Assembly (NCBI GenBank): GCA_963806205.1
Contig: CAWDXF010000004.1
Location: 25,497 to 89,496, forward strand
Length of the DNA: 64,000 bases
From: an uncultured Microthrixaceae bacterium
GTDB taxonomy: Bacteria; Actinomycetota; Acidimicrobiia; Acidimicrobiales; VFJN01
Reading direction: 5' to 3'
In this document: in pieces, positions 54,317-61,458 of the stretch
Layout: each line of letters opens with the position of its first letter
Numbering within the stretch: the stretch's first letter is position 1
Made by a program: the position numbers and the translations under genes
The notes under the pieces: generated by a model
The model's database searches: none
What the model was told of the DNA's origin: nothing
The model's input: only the letters and a program-made list of their open reading frames with translations

Positions 54317-54812
54317 ATGCGCGGCACACGGTTCCTGGCGATGGTCGTGGTCGGCAGCCTGGCCTTCGGGCCGGCTGCCTGCGGTGACGACGACGACGGG
54401 GACGGCGCGGAGGACGCTGTCACCGATGCGGGCATCGACGACGACGCCCTCGAGGACATCGGTGCGTTCCTGGACGACGACTGCGAGTTCCTCCTCGCGG
54501 GAGCGTTCCTAACCCCGTCGATCGAGCCGGGCAGCGACTTCCACTTCGACGAGAACGCGGCGCGCTTCGAGGCGCTGGCCGACGAGGCGCCGGGCGAGAT
54601 CAAGGACGACCTCGAGCGTGATCGCGGAGCGCATGCGGGTGTTCGACGAGGCCCTGGGCGACATCGACATGTCCGACCCGCAGGCCTACGCGGACCCGGA
54701 GGTCCAGGCCGCGCTCGCCGAGCTCGACACCGTGTTCGACGACGAGTACCGGGCGGCCACCGAGGCCGTCAGCCAGTACGTCGCGGAGAACTGCGACCCC
54801 GGCGTCGGGTAA
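54317..54812 (+). CDS. Acidic lipoprotein (frameshift near 54618)
   Basis: Signal ending PAACG then poly-Asp; helical domain with two Cys. Confidence 0.75.
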
Positions 54813-54815
54813 GGC

Positions 54816-56001
54816 TCAGCCCTCGGCGGCCCTCTCGGCCTTGTCGGCCTTCTCCTGGTGGTGCGACTGCACCGCCGTCATGATCGCCGTGGTCATGGCC
54901 TGCATGAACTCGGGGCGGTTCTCCGCCGCCCAGTCGCGGCTGGCGGTCGTCGTGCTCGGCCGAGCCCTGGAAGCGCGGGAACACGTGGCGGGCCAGCAGC
55001 TCGTAGCTGCGACGGGTGGCGGCCGTGTCGGCCCACTCGTGCGCCATGGAGAGGAACGTGCCGAAGCCGCCGGACTGGTCGACGAGCCGCTGGATCTGCG
55101 CCGCGGCGTCCTCGACGGTGCCGATCACCGCGAACCCGGTGGCGTTGAGGGCGTCGGCCATGGCCTCCGTCTCGATGCCCTCGACGCCGAGGGGGAGCGC
55201 GGCCACGCGCTGGAAGTAGTCGACCCACTGCGCCAGTCCGAAGCGCACGTCCTCGTAGGCCTGCTCCTTCGTGTCGGCGATGTGGATGGGCCCGACCAGC
55301 CGCCAGCGGCGGCGGTCGACGGTGGTGCCGAACTCGGCGGCCCGTTCCTCCATCACGTCCCAGTGCGCGCCGAGGATGTCGAACCCTCCGGTGCTCGTCG
55401 CGCCGATCGACAGCAGCGACGCGCCGAAGCGACCGGCGAGCCGCGGCCCGGCCGGTGACACCTGCGCGGCCACGGCGATCTCGAAGCACGGGTCGGAGTA
55501 CGGGCGCAGCTGCAAGCGTGCGTCGCGCAGCGTGAACCAGTCGGTGGTGCGGTTCACGGGCTTGTCGCCGGCCAACAGCTCGAGGATGGCCTCGAAGGAC
55601 TCCTCCATCATGTCCCGCTGGCGGGCCACGTCGATCCCCATCATGAACGCGTCCGACGGCAGCGCGCCGGGCCCGACGCCGAACATCACGCGGCCACGCG
55701 TGAGATGGTCGAGCAGCACCATCCGGTCCGCGAGCATCAGCGGCTGGTGGTAGGGCAGCGAGCTCACGCCGGTGCCGAGGCGCAGGTGCTTCGTGCGCGC
55801 GGCCGCGGTGGCGATGAACACCTCGGGCGAGGCGATGATCTCGTAGCCGGCGGAGTGGTGCTCGCCGATCCACGCCTCGTCGTACCCGAGCGCGTCGAGG
55901 TGCTCGATGAGATCGAGGTCGCGCTCCAGCGCCAGGGTCGGGTTCTGCCCGACGGGGTGGAACGGCGCGAGGAAGATGCCGAAGCGCAGGGGCCAGTCCA
56001 T
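54816..56001 (-). CDS. LLM-class flavin-dependent monooxygenase, LimB-like (3' frameshift)
   Basis: FGIFLAPFH, WIGEHHS, LGTGV.SLPYH, LDHLTRGR, GPGALP.D. Confidence 0.9.
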
Positions 56002-56052
56002 GGCCCCGAGCCTATGCCAGCACTTGACCGCGCGGTCTAGTTCAGGTCGTGC

Positions 56053-56826
56053 CTACTCGAGGAGGTCGGGCTGGTCCGCCACGATCTTGTCGTAGAGCGG
56101 CTGGAAGCTGAACCAGCACGCGAAGTGGCTGCCGACCTGGTCGTGCGTGTGGCGCGCCATCTCGGGGTCGATCCTCACCGGCGTGCCGGCTGCCTCGGCC
56201 ATCAGCTGCACCTCGCAGGTGCGCTCCATCGTGATGTAGATCCACGCGGCCTCGTCGACGGAGTGGCCGACGCTGAGGATGCCGTGGTTGCGGAGGATGG
56301 CGGCCTTGTTGTCGCCCAGCGCATGCGCGATGCGCTTGCCCTCCTCGGTGTCGATGACGACGCCCGTGTAGTCGTCGAAGAGCCCGTGGTCCTCGAAGAA
56401 GGAGCAGGCGTCCTGGGTGATCGGGTCGAGCAGGCGTCCGAGGGTGGACCAGGCGCGCCCGGCCTTGCTGTGGGTGTGGGCCGCGGCCTGCACGTCGGGG
56501 CGGGCGGCGTGGACCTGGGAGTGGATCGCGAACGCAGCGACGTTGACGGGCCAGTCGCCCTCGACCACCTCGCCCTCGTGGTTCACGAGGATCATGTCCG
56601 ACGCGTGGATGAGCCCGAAGGACATGCCGAAGGGGTTGACCCAGAAGCAGTCCTGGCGCTCGGGGTCGCGGGCGGTGAGGTGGCCGGCCACCCCCTCGTT
56701 GAACCCGAAGCGGTCGAAGAGGCGGAACGCCGCGGCCATGCGCTGCTTGATGTGGGTCCGCTCCTCTTCGACGGAGCCGAACTCCGGCAGCTTGTGGGGC
56801 ATGGTGAAGATCTCCCTGGCACTCAT
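56053..56826 (-). CDS. Class II aldolase/adducin family protein
   Basis: EGVAGH.TARDP, FWVNP, IHSQVH, HTHS, ILRNHG. Confidence 0.92.
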   Translation of the reverse strand: MSAREIFTMPHKLPEFGSVEEERTHIKQRMAAAFRLFDRFGFNEGVAGHLTARDPERQDCFWVNPFGMSFGLIHASDMILVNHEGEVVEGDWPVNVAAFAIHSQVHAARPDVQAAAHTHSKAGRAWSTLGRLLDPITQDACSFFEDHGLFDDYTGVVIDTEEGKRIAHALGDNKAAILRNHGILSVGHSVDEAAWIYITMERTCEVQLMAEAAGTPVRIDPEMARHTHDQVGSHFACWFSFQPLYDKIVADQPDLLE

Positions 56827-56870
56827 CGCGTCAACCTCCTCGCGCGCCCCCGGCGCGTCGTGCCCCCAGC

Positions 56871-57491
56871 CTACGGGGTCGCCCTGGGGGGAACCGAGCT
56901 CGCGGGGGCCTCGAGGCCGTTCCACAGGAGGGTGGTGAGGTAGCCGGTGAGCTGCTCCCGGGTCATCGTGCGCTCGTCGAGCCACCAGTCCCCGGCCTGG
57001 TGGACCATCCCCACGATGCCGAAGGACCACGGCACGGCGCCGCCGGAGTCCATCCCGGCGAGGCGGAGCTGGTCGCCCATGACGACGGCGACCCGGCGGG
57101 CGATGGCGTCCACGAGCGGGCTGATGTTGGCGCCGGAGCCGCCCTTCCCGGCCTGGCGCAGCAGGAACCGGTACAGCGACGGCTCGCGCTCGATGAAGGC
57201 GAGGTAGGCGTCGATCGTGCGCTCGAGGAGCTGCCGCGGCTCGGACGAGGTGCGCAGCGCGGTCTCGATCTGCTCGATCAGCTCGGTGGAGAACCGATCG
57301 GCGATGCAGGTGAGGAGGCCGTCGCGGTCGCGGAAGTGCCGGTAGAGGATCGGCTTGGTGACCCCGCCCCGGCGGGCCAGCTGCTCCATCGTGACCCCGG
57401 GGCCGACGTCGCGGATCGCCTCGACGGCGTCGTCCAGGAGCTGGGCGCGCCGCACCGCCCGTCGGGCGTCGCGCGGCTCGGTCCGGGTCAT
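56871..57491 (-). CDS. TetR family regulator
   Basis: TMEQLA..GGVTKPILYRHF HTH. Confidence 0.92.
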   Translation of the reverse strand: MTRTEPRDARRAVRRAQLLDDAVEAIRDVGPGVTMEQLARRGGVTKPILYRHFRDRDGLLTCIADRFSTELIEQIETALRTSSEPRQLLERTIDAYLAFIEREPSLYRFLLRQAGKGGSGANISPLVDAIARRVAVVMGDQLRLAGMDSGGAVPWSFGIVGMVHQAGDWWLDERTMTREQLTGYLTTLLWNGLEAPASSVPPRATP

Positions 57492-57540
57492 GCAGTCGAC
57501 GGTAGCCGTCGGTCCCCTCGCCCCCGGTGGGGGAGCGAGG

Positions 57541-58443
57541 TCAGGCGGGGGCGGTGGCGATGGCCGGGGGGCCCGGCTCGCCGAGCGCTTCCTCCTGTGT
57601 TGCACGCCGAGCCCTGACGACGAGGGCGACTCCTGCGGCGGCGATGGCGATGAGCACCACGAGGCGCACGGGACCGGCGACGTCGTTCGCGGTCATGAGG
57701 GTGCGGGTGTTGGTGATGATCACGAGGCTGCCCACGAGGGTGCCGGTCACCCGCACCGCGAGGTGCTTGACGAGGTAGGCGGCGAGCGGAGCGATCACGA
57801 TGCCGCCGGCGAAGAGGGCGGCGACGATGCCGGCGTCGATCTGCTCGCCACCGAGGCCACGGAGGAACCCGATGCTCGCAGCCAGGGACACGAGGAACTC
57901 GGAGGCGGACACGGAGCCGATGGCCTTGCGGGGCTCCACGCGGCCGAAGGTGAGGAGCGTCGGGGTGGTGACGGGGCCCCAGCCCCCGCCCCCGATGGCG
58001 TCGATGAAGCCGGCGACGGCGCCGAGCGGGCCCATGGACCGGGCTCGCAACCGGGACTCGGGAGCCGGTGTCGGCGTGCGCCCGAACGCGAAGCGGGCGA
58101 GGACCAGGATCCCGAGGGTCAGGAGGAGTCCTGCGATCCACGGCTTGGCGCTGGCGCCATCGATGTTCGTGAGCACTGAGGCTCCGACGTAGCCGCCGAC
58201 CGCCCCGGGGATCCCGAGCAGCGCGACCAGCCGCCACGACACGTTCCCGAAGCGCCAGTGTGAGATCCCGGACACGAACGTCGTGCCCACCTCGGACAGG
58301 TGCACCGTCGCCGAGGCCACCGCCGGTGCCGTCCCGCCGGAAAGCAGGAACGAGGTGGCGGTGACGCCGTAGGCCATCCCCAGCGCCCCGTCGACGAGCT
58401 GGGCGAGCACTCCCGCCAGGGCAAAGGTCAGCAGTCGACGCAC
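57541..58443 (-). CDS. TauE/SafE sulfite-exporter family protein
   Basis: QLVDGALGMAYG, ASATVH..E, SHWRFGNV, DAIGGGGWGPV. Confidence 0.9.
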   Translation of the reverse strand: MRRLLTFALAGVLAQLVDGALGMAYGVTATSFLLSGGTAPAVASATVHLSEVGTTFVSGISHWRFGNVSWRLVALLGIPGAVGGYVGASVLTNIDGASAKPWIAGLLLTLGILVLARFAFGRTPTPAPESRLRARSMGPLGAVAGFIDAIGGGGWGPVTTPTLLTFGRVEPRKAIGSVSASEFLVSLAASIGFLRGLGGEQIDAGIVAALFAGGIVIAPLAAYLVKHLAVRVTGTLVGSLVIITNTRTLMTANDVAGPVRLVVLIAIAAAGVALVVRARRATQEEALGEPGPPAIATAPA

Positions 58444-58472
58444 GCGGGCACTCCGTCTCCGAGGTAGCGGGT

Positions 58473-58498
58473 AATTCCGATCGGCACGGTAAACAATA
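58473..58498 (-). promoter_or_regulatory. AT-rich putative sulfur-regulator box overlapping the TATTGT -10 of the TauE gene
   Basis: Minus strand TATTGTTTACCGTGCCGATCGGAATT. Confidence 0.45.
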
Positions 58499-58566
58499 CT
58501 GGCAACGCTGTCCAGTACCGGGAGCTCTTGGAGCGGCCCCCGGGCGCCTTCGGCGCCCCTCGCCCG

Positions 58567-58594
58567 ACCGCCGATAATGCCCGTTACGTCAAGT
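58567..58594 (+). other. dif: dif site (XerCD chromosome dimer resolution)
   Basis: ACCGCCGATAA-TGCCCG-TTACGTCAAGT, 11-6-11 layout; right arm 8/11 identical to E. coli TTATGTTAAAT. Confidence 0.82.
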
Positions 58595-58922
58595 TGCCCT
58601 GGACGACGGGGCGGGCGGCGGTGAGGAGCCAGTCCAGGGCTTCGGCGAGGTCCTGTTCCTCGCCTGCGGCCTCCCGGTCGCGCTCGACGTCCTCGATCGC
58701 TGCCTCGAGGACGTAGATGCGGTCCCGCAGGTCGTCCAGGGCGGCGCGCGCGACGATCAGCTCGGCTTCGCTGAGGCCCGCTTCGGTGCGCCGGAGCCGC
58801 GCGACGTAGTCGGCCTGGCGGCAGCCGGCCCGGCAGAACTCGCGTGGCCGGCCGGGGCCGGGACGGGAGTCGATCGGGCGGCCGCACCACCGGCACCGTC
58901 GCCCCATGGACAATTCCGTCAC
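58584..58922 (-). CDS. Small Cys4 zinc-finger + coiled-coil protein
   Basis: CRWCG...GRPREFCRAGCRQADY; GTG start 7 nt after TAGATT (alternative ATG at 58907); stop codon inside dif. Confidence 0.75.
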   Translation of the reverse strand: MTELSMGRRCRWCGRPIDSRPGPGRPREFCRAGCRQADYVARLRRTEAGLSEAELIVARAALDDLRDRIYVLEAAIEDVERDREAAGEEQDLAEALDWLLTAARPVVQGNLT

Positions 58923-58932
58923 GTGACGAAAT
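58913..58932. promoter_or_regulatory. 20-bp palindromic operator
   Basis: ATTCCGTCACGTGACGAAAT, perfect core CGTCACGTGACG, one mismatched pair. Confidence 0.6.
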
Positions 58933-59892
58933 CTACTCCGGGACCGGCGCACCTCGGCGGATGGTCGGCCAGGGCAGGCACGCGGCGGCGCAGATCGCGA
59001 AGGTCAGCGCCCAGACCGCGTACCCCCACGCCCGGGTGTCGAGGTCCCCGAGGTTGCCGGTCTCGCGGAGCACGACGCGGACCAGCATGTGCCCCGCGAA
59101 GACGAGCAGCGTGCGCTGCCCCGCCCGCTCCACCGCCGCGGTGAACCGCGGTGCGTACGCGACGCCCACGCGGAACACGGCCCAGAGGGCGAACGTGGCG
59201 GCCAGGCCCCAGGTGGTGAACGCCAGGTCGCCCGGATAGCGCCGCGGCGGCCAGATCCCGTCGGCCAGGACGCGGTCGGGCACCACCTCGCTGAGCAGGA
59301 GCGACACCCCGACGATGCCGAGCGCAGCGCGGCCGAGGGGGAGGGCCTCCTCTCCCCTGCCGCGCACGTGGGCGGCCACCGCCGCGCCGGCGGCGGCGAG
59401 CACGAGGAACACCGGCAGCGCGAACCGGCCGTGGAGGAGCTGGGGCCAGAACCCCTCCACCTTCTCGTCCGTGGCGGGGACGACCACGAAGACGGTCGCG
59501 ACCGTGATCCCCCACCACGCGAGCGGGGTGCGCACGCCGAGGGCCACCAGCGCGGTGCAGCCGAAGCCCACGAGCGCGAGGGTCGGCAGCACCCCGCCGC
59601 CGGCGAGCGTGCCGTCGACCAGGTCGATCACCACGCCGAGCAGGAAGATCATCCCCCAGCGGCGCACGAGCCCCCACCAGCCCCGCCAGCCGCGCACCCG
59701 CTCCCCCACCAGCACGGCGGCGGCGCCTGCCGCCACGCAGAACATCGGCGCCGCCAGGTGCGTCACCGCGAGGCGCTCGAAGCCCACGAACCGCTCCTCG
59801 ACGTGGCCACCGGTCCACATCGCGAGGTGGTGGGCCACCATCATGAAGAGCGCGGTGCCCCGGAGGACGTCGAGCGAGCGCCAGCGCGACAT
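58933..59892 (-). CDS. DUF1624/HGSNAT-like membrane acyltransferase
   Basis: RWRSLDVLRG.A...M...H, AAPMF, GQRTL..F.GH; multiple TM segments. Confidence 0.75.
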   Translation of the reverse strand: MSRWRSLDVLRGTALFMMVAHHLAMWTGGHVEERFVGFERLAVTHLAAPMFCVAAGAAAVLVGERVRGWRGWWGLVRRWGMIFLLGVVIDLVDGTLAGGGVLPTLALVGFGCTALVALGVRTPLAWWGITVATVFVVVPATDEKVEGFWPQLLHGRFALPVFLVLAAAGAAVAAHVRGRGEEALPLGRAALGIVGVSLLLSEVVPDRVLADGIWPPRRYPGDLAFTTWGLAATFALWAVFRVGVAYAPRFTAAVERAGQRTLLVFAGHMLVRVVLRETGNLGDLDTRAWGYAVWALTFAICAAACLPWPTIRRGAPVPE

Positions 59893-59909
59893 CGGTGGAC
59901 GGTAACCCG

Positions 59910-61196
59910 CTACCGCACCACGCCGATCGTGTCGCTGCCGCCGCCGTCCCAGTTGCCCACGACCGGCTTCGTGTCGCGGCTGCCGAGCTCGAGCTCCGTC
60001 ACCCGCTGCAGGTCGCTGTTCGACGCGGGCAGCAGCCAGGTGCCGTTGCGGTAGAGGCCGATCGTGTCGCCGCGCACGCCGTCCCAGTTGCCCCGCACGG
60101 GGCGGTCCCCGGCGGCGCCGAAGCGCAGCTCGAAGCGGCGGGCCGTGCCGGCGTAGGAGGCGTTGGTGAGGGTCCAGCGACCGTCACGGAACACGCCGAC
60201 GGTGTCGCCGCCGACCCCGTCCCAGTCCCCCACCACCGGCGTGTCGCCGGGGTCGCCGAGCCGCAGCTCGAGCGTCTGCCGGGGGTCGCTGGCGAGGGTG
60301 TCGGAGAGGATCCAGAGGCCGTCCCGGTACACGCCCACGGTGTCGTCCCCGTCGCCGTCCCAGTCGCCCACGACCGGCACGTCACCGGGCTCTCCGAACT
60401 GGAGGGTCCGGACCGGGATCGGCTCTCCCTTCGGGGCCCGGTTGCGGCGGGCCAGGATCCAGGTGCCGTTGCGGTAGACGCCCACGGTGTCGTCGCCGTC
60501 GCCGTCCCAGTCGCCCACGATCGGGATGTCGCCGGGCTGGCCGAAGGCGACCTCGACGGGGTCTGCCAGCGGCGGGCGCTGGGCGTTGGTCAGCGCCCAC
60601 CCGCCCCGGGTCACGCTGTCGGGGCCGATGACGTCGTGGATGTGCACGAAGTCGTCCGGCCAGTACGGCGACCCCCGCGAGATGCGGACCCGGCGGGTGC
60701 CGCCGCTGTGGGTGTCGTCGGTGATCTCGATGCCCGAGCTCGAGACGGCCTCCACGTAGGCCACGTGGCCCGAGGGGTTGGGGGCGAAGCGGGTGCCGCC
60801 CTCCCACTGCGCCACGGCACCCACGGCGGGGACGTCGTCGACGGGCACGCGGCCCCGGGCGTTGTCGTCCCACTGCCCGGCGTCGCCCATGGGTCGCCAC
60901 GGCTGCCGCACCCCCAGCTTCGACAGCCGGTAGCTCACGTAGCTGGTGCAGTTGTGGCCGGTCGCGCCCCAGTTGGCGCCCCACACGCCCTGCCCGTGGT
61001 AGCCGGTGCCTGTGACGCAGCCGTAGTCGGCCCGGTTGCACAGCACGCGCATGCCCGGCGAGCCCTCGCGGGCGGTCCGGGCCAGGGCCGGCAGGGCGGG
61101 CAGCGCGCAGGCGACCACGCTGAGCGCAGCGACGGCGACCAGACGGCGCGCGGCCGCCCTCGATCGCCCGCGCACCCCGTCGCCCGCTGTCGCCAC
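59910..61196 (-). CDS. Secreted CHAP amidase with five GDWDG repeats
   Basis: NCTSYV, GDAGQW, GHVAYVE; repeats FG.PGD.PVVGDWDG.G.DTVGVYR.G.W. Confidence 0.85.
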   Translation of the reverse strand: MATAGDGVRGRSRAAARRLVAVAALSVVACALPALPALARTAREGSPGMRVLCNRADYGCVTGTGYHGQGVWGANWGATGHNCTSYVSYRLSKLGVRQPWRPMGDAGQWDDNARGRVPVDDVPAVGAVAQWEGGTRFAPNPSGHVAYVEAVSSSGIEITDDTHSGGTRRVRISRGSPYWPDDFVHIHDVIGPDSVTRGGWALTNAQRPPLADPVEVAFGQPGDIPIVGDWDGDGDDTVGVYRNGTWILARRNRAPKGEPIPVRTLQFGEPGDVPVVGDWDGDGDDTVGVYRDGLWILSDTLASDPRQTLELRLGDPGDTPVVGDWDGVGGDTVGVFRDGRWTLTNASYAGTARRFELRFGAAGDRPVRGNWDGVRGDTIGLYRNGTWLLPASNSDLQRVTELELGSRDTKPVVGNWDGGGSDTIGVVR

Positions 61197-61289
61197 CGTC
61201 CGCCTCCGTCCGTGAAGGCTTCGACATTACTTCGCAACACAACCGCAATGGGGAATCCCCCTGGGGGCCGGTGGTAGGTTCGGATCGCC

Positions 61290-61420
61290 GACGAACCCGC
61301 GTGGGAGAGTCCCGGCCCGCTCCCCGGAGCGATCCGGGCGCCGAAGGTGCAACCGCCCCGGAACCTCTCAGGCCCAAGGACCACACGGGGGAGGCAACGC
61401 TGGAGCAGGGAGCGACAGCG
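61290..61420 (+). ncRNA. Glycine riboswitch, single aptamer with 3' ghost aptamer
   Basis: GGGAGA...CGCCGAAGGTGCAA...CTCTCAGG...GGACC with P1 pairing; directly upstream of gcvP. Confidence 0.92.
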
Positions 61421-61458
61421 GGGGTCCACCACCCACCCCGCTCCCCCACGAGGTCTCC

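Noticed and set aside
59910-60560. CRISPR-like or non-coding repeat array (also 50750-51110)
   Set aside because: The repeats are degenerate, in frame and encode protein repeats; no cas genes present.
61200-61275. c-di-AMP riboswitch upstream of the CHAP hydrolase, or a second dif-like site
   Set aside because: Neither consensus could be matched; the AT-rich patch is explained by a TAATGT -10 promoter.
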